A stretch of DNA of 64,000 nt from Trichoplax adhaerens. Taxonomy: Eukaryota > Animalia > Placozoa. Location: NCBI RefSeq assembly GCF_000150275.1, contig NW_002060950.1, positions 2,840,106-2,904,105 of the forward strand. The letters run 5' to 3'. Below, one piece after another: positions 26,867 to 39,700 of this stretch. The translations under genes were made by a program, and so were the position numbers. A model generated the notes under the pieces. The model saw only the letters and a list, made by a program, of their open reading frames with translations. It ran no database searches and was not told where the DNA came from. Position 1 is the first letter of the stretch, and every line of letters begins with the position of its first letter.

Positions 26867-29800
26867 TTGGAATTATTGGCCTGGTGGCATCTCAAGCCAC
26901 CTTTTTTTTTCAATTTCGTCTTCATTTCGATATACATACTCATAAAAATGTCTTGATTTATACCAGATTCTAGTCTGTACAATAGATCACACTTATATGA
27001 CTTGCAGTTGTCTTGTCTCATTATTACTAATATCACAGATTATTTAATTGATTAATGTAGCTTTTCTATCGTAATTACCATATATTTTTCATAAATTAAA
27101 GGGAGTAATGGAGTATAAGCGAAAAGTTTAATATGATGGGCTTGGTTTAGTGGTATATGGTAATCTGTTACATAAGTAATCTGATCTGATTTGATAGCAC
27201 TCATTTATATATGTTCATTTCGTTTTAGTTATTGCTACCTAACTGTTATTCTATATTACGATTAAATCCTGAGTTGTGGGTAACTTTGTATACTTCACAC
27301 TTAATATACGATACTACTTCCAAGTACCAGATAATCACAACAATCAGTTCAATTGTAAAATTTATAATCTCTAATACGGTATTACAAATTTGATCAGGTA
27401 CTAGTGTATTAGTATAAATTCCTCATGTGTATGTATTGGTTGTAAACTATGATTATGAGAACATTGGCTAATCCTTGATGTCATAAAATACTCGTATATT
27501 ATTTTATATAAAATTACGGCTAAAGTTGTAAGTACACTTTTTATCCTTCTAATATACTTGTATCATAATATCTAAGGCATCTGTACCAATAAGATCATAT
27601 TATTATAAATTAAAAATTTTTTGTCTTCATAATCTTGCGATTGAAAAATGTGTGATAATATGCGCATTTCTGGTACAGTGATAACCATGATAACAGGTGA
27701 GGCATTAAATGCGCGTATATTATGATTATTGTCATCTAAGAATTTAGACTTTATCACTCCCGAGACAATTAAAGAGAGTAATATAGTAATAAATGACTAG
27801 TTGTAGTATTCAAAAACCTATAAAGATTTACGCGTAAAACATTCATCAACAAAGCTATTTCACGTAACAAAGGAGTTATTGCTGATGCTGCTGTTCCTTA
27901 TTTTATGTACGATAGGGAAAGAAATTTTACAGTTGCAAAGAGTTTGCTAACTTTGAAATATAGTAAAGATCCATAGCATAACTTTATTTAGTGGGAAGTG
28001 TTGAACATAGTGATTTTATTGGCTATCTTAATTTCTTTTGCAGCAGTAGCTTTTAACTTCGAGCAAGCAAAATACGAGCTTTATTAAAGTAGCTATGATA
28101 GTCCGCCATGTTATGTTGAACATTAAAAATCAATAGAGAGTAGACTTTTGGATACTAGAAAGATAATTAGTATAATATGAAAAGCCATTAAATAAGTAAA
28201 TGAAAAATTTTAGCCCATTTTCAACAACGCCTGCAGTAAAATGTACATATTAAATTTATGTCCTTTTAAGAGAAAAAAATAATATATATCACTAATAAAC
28301 TATTGGAAAGACCAATATAGAAATTCTAGTGTTTAAGCATATGAACATATTATCTAATCTTATGTGGGTCTTATTATGATTAAGCAAAGCTTTATCTTGA
28401 GCTACTGCAGTTATGTATGCATATGAGAATAAAGATTTCCGATGTAGCATAAAGGATTTAAGTGAGTTACACTCTTGTAACAAATGTAATCTAAGTTACT
28501 TAAACCAGGCCTAACCAGTTTATAAATACACCTAGATTCAGCCAATTAAAGAATAACATAGGGTTTAATAACATGTTATTAGCATCATTATTGTATGCAA
28601 GCTTTTTAGAATACATAAAGCTTAATTATTCAAGACTTGCTATACACAGTTACCGGTGGGATCACAATGGTGATGACGTCTTTCCTAACGTCAGCGTTAA
28701 TTATCACCATAAATTGTTTAGTCCATCTAATAAACAATAAGCCAAAATCAAATAATATTTAAAGCAATAATAAGATGATTCAATGCTACCGTTAATTATT
28801 GTATTATGATAATTGCCATTATAATTAATTGAGAGTGGTATTATTCTTTCATCTATAAAGATGCAATTACTATGACATCATGAATAGTTAATCTTAACGC
28901 TTGCTTGTGTTCTCTTTAGTAGTTCATTTACAGTGCATCTTTGTTGATAATGCATCAACTATCGATGGGCATGAGACAAAAGCAGCTATTATACAGTATA
29001 TCCTGCTTCGACATATTGAGCGTCATTGATTGAAAGATAGATTAAGATAGGACAAGGAAGATTATAAATTATTGCTAGAACTTAGATTGAAATATTGTAA
29101 TGTTAGTGGATGAATCCGTTGATAAATACAGGTCATTAACGTATTTTAATAGTAATTAATAAGCTATTGATGACATTATTTGTCATCGATGTGGTATGAA
29201 TGAATTATCTATGAAGATAATTGTTGTTAAGTTAAAATGTAGTAAGGGTCGAATATACGTATAATTGATTGATAATGAAATGAAATATTTTTGATTAAAG
29301 TTTAGTAATATTATTATTAAATCCGTTATTAAATTAGAGTAAAAAAAAAAACTATTAGCTTCTATACTTGAAGTTAATGTCTGTTTGTTCGTTTTAGTTT
29401 AATGATTAATAAAAATTAGCTACTACATCTATAATGAAGTTCTCGATTCTCTTTATCTTATCATAAGCATGGATTTTCTTGCTACTGCCCCATTATAGAA
29501 AGCTTACATATTGTATTCCATGTTCCTACATGGAGTAAAAATGAGCTGTTCGATTTATTTTAATCTTGAAAGACATTCTTTGGGAAGATATTACAGCAGT
29601 TATGTCTATTTGGTAATGTTACCAAATGTACTAAAACACCACTCTCAAAAGCCGATCATTTTCAGAAGGCAATCATGATATGTACAATGGCTATTAAAGT
29701 ATTATGTTCATATACAACGATGTCTTAATGAGTAGCTGGTCATTGCATTTATATAATCGGCATAGTAAAACTCTAGGTACTCAGTTTTACAATATTTTAA

Positions 29801-30099
29801 GTGATTTTAGCAATCATCCCCGAAGGCAAATTCAATCAGGTTAACTTCATGCTAAAAGAATGGGGAACAATCGGTTGTATGTACGTTGTAATGTCAGCCA
29901 TATCGGTACTGCTCTATGCAACATTATCCGCGCTACAGCATTAATTTATTTTATTTAAACGGCTATCGTTATTGCTGATTAGAGCTGTATTGAGAGGTTT
30001 TGGCGTGCAAGGCAAGTGGAATACTATCCATTGTAATACACATCAGGAATTTTGATATCTACGATCTACACGTATCGGTTCATCACGTAAGTGTTAAGA

Positions 30100-33000
30100 G
30101 TTAAGAAAAGAAGGAGGAGTTCAATTTCTGACTAGGGGGTCAATACTCAATAGGAAGAGGAATCCTGGAGGCGAAATCACGACTTGAATCAATCAAAACT
30201 AATTTTCTTTGGCTGTATTGATGTACGAGTTTCCGGTGTACAGTTTGTTCAATCAGAATGTGATTGATGCTATAGTTGAGACGACGGGCCACTTTTGCTT
30301 CGCTAAGAACATCTAGCTATCTATCGGCCTATCCGACAATCATCTAAAATTGAATGCACAGTCAATTAATTCAATTCAATGATTGATTAATTAAGAAGAA
30401 GGCACCGAAAGCAGTACAGCACGATTATACTCGTAACGAAATCAATTTCATTCATGAAAACAATTTTGAATTGATTTTCCATGGTGATACAGTTACTGTA
30501 CTGAACGACGACTGCAGCAGCAGCTGCTGTAACGCAGTGCTACAGTATCCAGTACAATCCGATTGTTGACACAATACTATGTACTGTATGATACAGTACT
30601 GTACGCAGTACAGTGTACAGTGCACAGTACTGCAATGGAGAGATACTGTACAGTGTACTGTACACACTACGCACAGCAACAGCGCGTACCCGTTGTACAG
30701 TCCATGATACTCCATCACACAACAGTGCCAGGACACTACTGTATACACTATACTGTCTATATGAATGGAAAACATTGATTTGCTAGGCACAATCATTGAC
30801 AAGCCTTGCCACGGGACTAACCCGCTCAGATCAGAGTTGATGACTTGAAGAAATGACAGTTTCTCCTTCTTGTCTATTTAATTTGAAATTATTACAATCT
30901 ATCCTTACATCGTATTGTCTTGCATAAGCTAGTCCGACACTTTGTAGCAACTTTAAAGGACAGCTGAAGGGTGAATTTCCGTATTTGAAAGACTCTATCC
31001 TCTTCTTCATCACGCACTGTAAGTCGATAATATATTGGTATACATAAGTAAGTGTTCAATTTGTTGTTTTGCCATTGCAAATGGTCAATGACGCTGTAGC
31101 AAGCACGGTTACACTGTACTGTAGAGAATGGCAATTTAAACTGGCATGCTTAGTCACTCCAACCAAGAAAGTTAATAAACTGACATGATTAAATAAATGT
31201 TATGAGTGATGTTGTGGTAAGACACTCAAATGGGAAATGTGCTATAAATCTTATAATGTTAGAATGATTTCTTGGCTCATTCTTTTGGAATTTGTTAGAA
31301 CTATTTACCCGATGTGTTCGCTTCATATAATCCTGTTGTTTCCGATATAAATTAGTTGCCATTTGTGCAATATTGGTACGCGTCGAACGTACTGTAGTAT
31401 CACTGTGACATGTCTATTGGGCACAGTCAATACTGGTTTGTCATAGAATATTTCAGTACTTGCAAATGAAGGTTAAAGTCTGACAACGCCAGTCTTTTCA
31501 TTCTAGTTTCAATGTTTTACCGCTAGTGTTGGTGGTAAAATACTCTTAATCTACAACAAATACTGTCAATGCGAATAGTCCACTTGTATTGCAATGTTAC
31601 CATGACCAACGGCTCCAACATAGTGTATAGTGTTCTATTCATTTTTCTTAGACATACTTTGTATTGTATGATATATATTACCCTAGTAGAGCTTGTACCA
31701 AGACTGACTCGGCATGCTATGTGGATTAGAAGATATTTACAAGACATTTTCCCTGTGTAATACTGTGATAACGTGCTTAAGTTCATTAATTAATTAGCAG
31801 CATAACCGATATCTTAGCTACTGCGCTGACTTGATCTAAATGACTTTAGCGACTTAGCGCTTTGTCCAGATAGAGTAATTACACTATAATGCGTCGATTA
31901 TAGTAGAATATCCAATTAATGATCCATAGCGTTGAAAGCAATTTGAAGATATCAGTTTTGAAATCTTTTAGTCAAGCATGATGCACTTTTTATCATGTTC
32001 TACTTTGGTAAATTATTCAAAAGAGTGTTTAATGACAGGGGCAAGATATTTTCAGTGACTATTTCCAATTCAATCGATGTTGTTGTTTTTTGCCACTGGA
32101 AATACTCATCCAATGTTGGCGTCTCTACTTCCATTTTTATTGGTGTAGAGCTTAAACAACAGATAGTCAATCAATTTTTTTTGTGTGGGGGGGGGGGGGG
32201 AACTCGTTACGGGCCACCGAGTGACAGTCAACCTTGATGCACAACGTTGATCAACGGCGATAAGGATTGGTATAAAGAAAGTCGAGAGCGTCGTACAAAA
32301 TGATGCCAGAATCAGAATTATCCATAAAGAACTGTATGATGTATGGAGGTTGAACGATACGTTGCTGGGCTACACCGCTTGCTGTCGTGATTATTAGGCC
32401 GGATAGAATGCCGGACACAAGCACGCAGTCCATTATGGTAGTCCGTAGGCTTTCCATGCCCATTGCCCAGTCAGAATCATGATGACGCTGAAGCAAGGTG
32501 AAGTACCCACTGCGTCAATCGATGTACTGAATTTGTCGCGGTAGTTCGTGTCTTGGGTCTGCTTCACCTTTTTGCTTGACGCTAGTCACTTTGATTGTAC
32601 TCAGTGGACGTATGGACTGTACTATCCTGATACGTTGTAGAGACACGCCAAGTTGGTTGTAGCCATGTACCACGGACTACTCAAAATTTCCCAGTAGGTG
32701 ATGCTTGCTGCGGTTCGACGGGAGTGACACACACACCAACTGCATTCCATTGCATGTCCTCGATCTGGAAGTGAAGGAATGGTAGAGTGATTTGTAGTTG
32801 TAGTGTTTGGGGGTTATAAATTTTCAAACTAGATACAAGTTTATATAGGATTAACTGCTTGTCCGACCATAGATTTTCATGGTTGAAGAATTGTGTTACG
32901 TCGTTATGGAAGTATTTGATATTGTCTTTGTATCTTTTCAAGTATAATTTCCCCATTGGTCCATGCTTGCTGCGGTTCGATCGTTCGACGTTAAGGACAC

Positions 33001-33150
33001 ACACATACGAACTGAACGCAATCTTTTATTATGATCGTCTACTACAATTGCACACTACTGTACACTGTACACTGTACACTGTCACTGTGCAATGGGATCC
33101 CATTTCTTCCTTCTGTTTGCATAGTAAAAACGAGAAGTAAAATACTGGAA
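30100..33150 (-). mobile_element. Possible decayed mobile or viral insertion: GC-richer block of broken reading frames
   Basis: Higher GC than the flanks, interrupted minus-strand frames, TACAGTAC-rich low-complexity borders (30540-30760, 33050-33090), a G run near 32187 and an A run near 33150. No recognisable domain. Confidence 0.3.
30540..30760. repeat. Low-complexity TACAGT/ACTGTA-rich tract
   Basis: Dense interleaved tacag/ctgta/gtac motifs; related motifs recur at 33050-33090 and are scattered elsewhere. Confidence 0.7.
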
Positions 33151-36100
33151 AAAAAAAAAAAAAGACCTATCGTTATTAACCTTCCTACAGGCACATAGCT
33201 CTCTTATTGTAGAAAGGTACCCACTAAATGTATTTGTGATCAATTTTGTACCAATTGATGTCAAAATTGTAATGTCCTAGGCTTCTACTACGCTTCAAGG
33301 AATCCGACCAACTGCAGTCGATCATTCCACACAATACTGCACTTGACTAGATACCGGTATGTTGAATACGCTTTCAACGACTTCAACAGTAGCTTCTGGT
33401 AGTGATGACTAGTGCTACTTTGCTAGCTCTATTTCTATATTACGCTAGCTACGATGCCTGATGAAAGAGTTCAGTAAACACGAGTGCTGTAGTCAAAATT
33501 TCATTTCTAGTCAATAGGTAATTTACAGGACAGATACAGGTCTCTAGTAGACGGACAGGAAAGTGGTTGTAGTCCAGCATAAATGATAGTCTGGGCTAGT
33601 TCGTTAATGTGTTCACTTTAATATTAAGATGTCTTATACTTCTATAAATTCTTCCTTTTAAATCTACTCCTAATGTATGCTTGTTAAAATTATTACCCTA
33701 AACTAATTAGGACCAATTATATACTCATATCTTTAAAATTCATCTTAAATCAATTGGATGTTTAATATACCTTATATCGAGATTGCTTCAACTACAGATT
33801 GCAAGGTCAAAATTTTGGCCCCATAAGTATAACTCTAGGCTAACCAATTTTTCGATGCCATGTAATTTCCGTCATTGAACGTAATGTACTGTATCATACA
33901 AGTTGAATAAGTCGCTAATGACCAATTAATATTAGATAGCAGCAAGATAATATGGAAATGATGAGTGATTGAAGTGACATGAATGTAAAGAAGTTAGTAA
34001 CACAAAGTAGACACGTTATACTCATTAGATTATATAAACAAGTACGTTATATAGTTAATAGAGATGGCCATCTCAAGTAATTATAGTAGAATGATTATAA
34101 TGGATGACTTCAATAGCAACTGTAATTGTACTAGTACACCGAGTGTGACCAGAATGACTGCTATTGCTTCCCATGTAGTGCTTCAGTAGTTGGGGAGAAG
34201 TCGGCTATCATGAATTGATAAAATTATCCTGCTAACTAATGCAGTACACGACTGAGTTTGACTATGATTATATACTCGTAGAATACTAGTGAATCTTCAT
34301 TTCGGCTTCACGGTGACACCTACAGTACTTGGGTACAATAGTTCGAGAACAATATTCGCTACCATTCATCTTCATGCAACGCTCGATATCTGCCAGCAAC
34401 TTATATGATTGTTATATTCGTATTGATACGATGAACTTGTGGCTTTGCCAAGATACTTAGTAAACCACGACAAATTATTGCATCCGGCAAATCATATCAT
34501 CAAACACATTTTGCAAAGCAGCAATAATACCGAATAAGAGAATATGCAAATTGATATGATACACTACAATAGTTGTTAGCAGCGCTCATGCTTGAATAGT
34601 TCCGTAGATCGATGGGCCTGGAATTTTTATGATAGCAGTTACAGTATGCCACATACAATGCTATCTTTTATTGACTTTTCAACACATGTCTACTGAGGTG
34701 TTTCGATCAATATTTTCTTATGACTCTCAGTACAAGTAGAGTTCCTATTTAAACTAGTTTGCTTTTGCTAGAGCAAAATGATATGTATACTAGCGACAAA
34801 GATTTACAGTATGTTGCTCAAGTACTCCTTCTTTTCCTATATATTTGTTGAATTTCTTATTTAGCAGCTAATGACTACATTTTTTTCGAAAATGACAGTA
34901 AAGCCCAATCTCGTGAAATCAACTTTTGTAACTGAACTGGATGAATGTATCTCTAATTTAGTGTAGTACTGAAGATGATAATAGTTACCGTTGCTTTGTT
35001 CTATTTTTTAAGATTTTACACTCAAATATATACTTACGTACATAACATGGGCACTGATCCTAACAATCCATTCATCCAAGAACAAATGTCTTCCACTAGT
35101 CTAAAATATATGAAAAGGGTAAAGAAGCAGGAGAGAACTTCTGCGCCATACTCTATACTATATATACGCGTATCTCAAATATTCAAACATAATAAAAAAA
35201 TGGGATCGTATAGTACACTCTGATATTTTTAACTTTGAATAGATCATGTATTTGATATTTTTTTATTTATTATCATTGACGAGACACACTTGGGTTGTCA
35301 GTTATAGAATTGGATGCACTTGAAACTTGCCAATAGACGTGATTCAACATGTTTTGATTCTTGAGAAATTATCAATTAACTCCTTTCTTGGGTTTTTCAC
35401 TCATGTCAAAAATTGTCATCAAAAAATACATGAAAGACTCTTTAATATATTGTTTGAAGATAACTCAGTTAATACAATAAAAAATAGAGGCTTTCTTGCA
35501 TCTTAAAAACATAGTGCATATCATAATCGATTTCTGTTGGTTGTCATGTTTTAAACTGTAACTATGCCTATTAGTTATGATTTAAGCTAGGCATGATGAA
35601 GATGTGACCATCATTAAAGCTACAGTACGTTATATCTAGTGGATATTAATCATCGCTATGTACTGTACTGTCGTATTTTGATCACAATATTATTTTCTGC
35701 AAACTATTTCATGTATTAGTAGATATTGTATTATATGGTCAAATCTATTTTTTACCATTTCAGTAAACACTTATTACTTTTACTTTCTCGTCATATTATA
35801 CAAATACCATTGTAATTGATTTTATTGTCGTAATGACTCCAATTCTTAACGTCATCTGTGATCTTTTGATTGGACATAAGGCTATGAGTATATTAATGAA
35901 TGTTGTTAATATCACTAATCCGGTAAATAAAAAAATATGAGCACAGTAGAATATGTTTAATAACGATCATTTCAACTCATGTCTTCCCATTTTAATTATT
36001 ATTATCGTATCTATATATCTTTGATTGCATTCTAGACTTGATTATTCCATGACGTTATTGAATTTATAACCGTTATTTCATGAATATGTTTTGCTTTATC

Positions 36101-36765
36101 GAGTTAAAAGCTTTCTACTTTAAGGAAAAAAAACAAAAAAGTAACCATATAAATGCTTCCAAAGTTTAGCAGCGCGATAAATTAGTTCGTAATTGCTACA
36201 TTACCAAGCTGTCATGTAGCATCCGACAATTTGGCGCTTCGATTATGAATAGTTCATTAAAGATAAATGTGGTAGCTTGGAAATAAAAAACTATTCTCTA
36301 CCAAGATGTATAGGATACCAATTTTTTTTCTTACACGTCTATGTACAGTACTGTATAACTTCGTGTACAGTATAAACGTGTCGATCACGATGAGCATTGA
36401 TTGTTACCTACTTACAGACAGTATCATATTAATGGACACACGCAAAAAATTGAGTGTACGTGCGAATATATATTTATGCCATGTAATGTACTGTGTATAA
36501 TATTGATACTCTCATGTCTTATCATAAGTTACCATTTTCGACAGTTAAATAGATGCACGTAATTGATTGATTTGGTGACTTTTCCTTTAAATAGACAGAC
36601 ATAATGTAGCCGTAATTACTTTATTATTATGTTTTATTATAATTATCCTAACTACTATTTACTGTATTGTCATAGAAATTGTGCACTTATCTTGTCTTGG
36701 TTGAAAAGAAACTGAAGGTACATTAGTTTATCATTATTAAGCGACGACGTGAGTTGACCACCTCG

Positions 36766-39700
36766 ATGGAAGAAGACAATTTATCACCATTGGCTAACCA
36801 TGCCGGTGCCAATTTGCCTCATTCACGATATTTAAAATCGAGGAGATTGTCGATTAGTGCTGAAGCTTGTAACTTTGATAGTGATGGCGAAGAAGAAGGA
36901 TCTGGTAAAGATTTAGTAGTGGTAAGTCATGATAAGAGTAATGCTCGCATAATCACACTGTATTAATGCATGGTCGTCATGTTGATTAATTTTCGATGAC
37001 TTATCATTTTGAGTTATCAATTTTCAATTAATTTAACTAAATGATTTCTGTTAAGGCATAAAAAGTTATATAGCAATTACTGATTTATGTACAAATCATC
37101 CTGTGACTCAAATGGTTTCTGAATTTAAATGCTGTTTCCTATTCTTTTATTTCAAGTAACATTGAGAATGTACAGTACAGTACTTATAATATTGGCGAAC
37201 CTTTCTGTCTGCTGTAGCTATGCATAGTAATTATAGAATTATTATTGCAGATACCGTGTTAAAATGACTATATTTGCTAACGAATTTTGAGAACTAGACG
37301 AGTATATCTATGAGAAAATAACTTGAAGGAATAATGACATGGACATTATAGAATCTAGTGCATTTTCTGTTTTTATTTCTTTACTATTTTTTCCTATTAT
37401 ATAATTCTTTCGTCGTTGATAATATTCGCTATTAATTGTCGATCGACTCTTGCAGATATGAAAATATGCGTTTCAATTTCGTGACGTTTTTCAATATTGT
37501 TCACCCCGTGTAATGAAAGGACTATAGTTTATAGGCCATTATCACCGTAAAGTAGAATATAAGTTAATAAGTATTTGATATTGTGTCTTAAATACATGAA
37601 CGTTACTTTATTTAAAATCAAATTTCAAAATAACATTATCGTTGCGCTAGTTCTTATGTATCTCGCATTATTCAGCGAAGCAGTAAACTTCACTATGAAC
37701 TAACCATTAAATATCACAGTGAAACATATACATTATAAATTTCGCATCATCGTTTTATAGAGAATGCATTACAATATTACGTCCAAGTTGAGGAATTTTT
37801 GACAGAGGGCGAAAAACTACGATGTTATAATTTAGCAGATGATAAATTTCTGTACTGTGTTTCAAGGTCCCTTTAAGCAAATTTATTGTAGTGGCAGATA
37901 CTATTAGCTTAATATATCCCCACTTATTGGTGTTATCATGCCGCACAATATAGTGCATACCTAGTAATGGAAAAACTTATTAATAAGTACTTCGTACTTA
38001 GTTTAGAAATGATGACATATGGGAGTTTCAATATACCGATATTCATATTGATACTTATTGATGCAATATTGATAAAGTATGAATGATATGGATTATTGAA
38101 GACTATGACTGTTGTATCGGGTTTCTTTTTATGTCATTTTAATATCTCAATATGCCAGCACTTACCTCTTTTTCTTTCATAAATATATTGAATTGAAAGC
38201 AAATTTACATCTTGATCGATAAAGTAAAATTCTGTCATCTTTAAGTCATTTATGTTTCATAAAGCCATTAATTAAATCATTTCTTTTTTCATTTTTTAAA
38301 CGCGTTAATCTCTTGTGTGGCATACATCAAACCCGGGGGCATAAATACCGTTTTAATACTTGCAATACATTTTTGTACGATATTCTTCGACTACTGTACT
38401 ATTGTTTAAAATTATAACCCTAAACTTGTATATATTATCGTATCATATTATCGTCAATCTGTTATATCTTTTTATATTTGTAATGTTCAAAAAGACCAAC
38501 ATTTAAAATATTGGAAAAATTCTTTTTGCAGTTGGTAAATTGCTTTGAATTCAGCGATTGCTATGATAACGAAGTAAAAATGATGATATACAGTATATTA
38601 AGGATAAGACTGCAATAAATAAATAATACCGTACTTAATGCATAGGCAAAATTATAATCATCGATATTACGCTGACGAATGTGATCGTATTTTTTACAGT
38701 AGATGTTAACAGAGTCGACATTGATACGACTTTAATACGACATTAGCACATTAGAAAGAAACCCATAGTGCATACGTACTGCGTCTTGTTTTAGGCTTTA
38801 ATTCGTTAAACAATTTCTGATGGATAAGTTAATCAGTAGAAGTTGTACAGAGTTGATAGATTTCTCGTATGTGGGATAAAGGTACTATGCCATCGATGGA
38901 AGATTTGCCAGTGTATCAAATATCTGATGTTTAATATTCAGTGATTAAAGGCTACGCTTGCGATTTTTTACGCAGTTAATGCTATTTAATTGACCTATTT
39001 GTTAATTCTACGGTTTTACTATTTCAAAAATCAATCAGAACTAGTACAAAAATTAGCGTATATCTTTCTTTAATTATATCATATTGACGATGTTTGTAGC
39101 TTCAGCTAACATACCGATAAAATTTAAATTCCATGTAATATAAAAACCTTTAAATATCGTCGTTATGCAATTTAAGGTTAACAAGGAGTCGTCATGTGTA
39201 TATGCTATACCGATCAGCGATTATAAATATTATTAGATGAGATTTGTTGCTGTTGCATCATTTTGCATTCCTGCCAAAAGCAAGATCAAATCGTTAAGCT
39301 GTTGGATGATAAAATTACGAATATAGTGCGACTTAAAATTGCAGCCTATATTGTACGTAGAGAGGCAATTTATTGTACAAATTACGGAAATGATATTGTA
39401 ATGCTACACTTTATTTGGTATCTATGATCTGAAATAATTGAAATGAATTTTAGTCCTTTACACAGATGATTTATTACCGAATAGAGTATTTAGAACGAGC
39501 GACAAATTCGATACACCCTTCTTATGTGAAATATCAAATGTATCTACTCAATTTCAATTTGTTATTGAAGAGCAGTTATTATAGGATTCCTAAAAGCAAC
39601 TTAATTTAGATGTAAATGATGTGTAATTTAATCCGTCAGTCGTCTACGGTGAAGGTGATAACTTTTTCTTATATTTTTAACTATTTATCATACCTTATTG

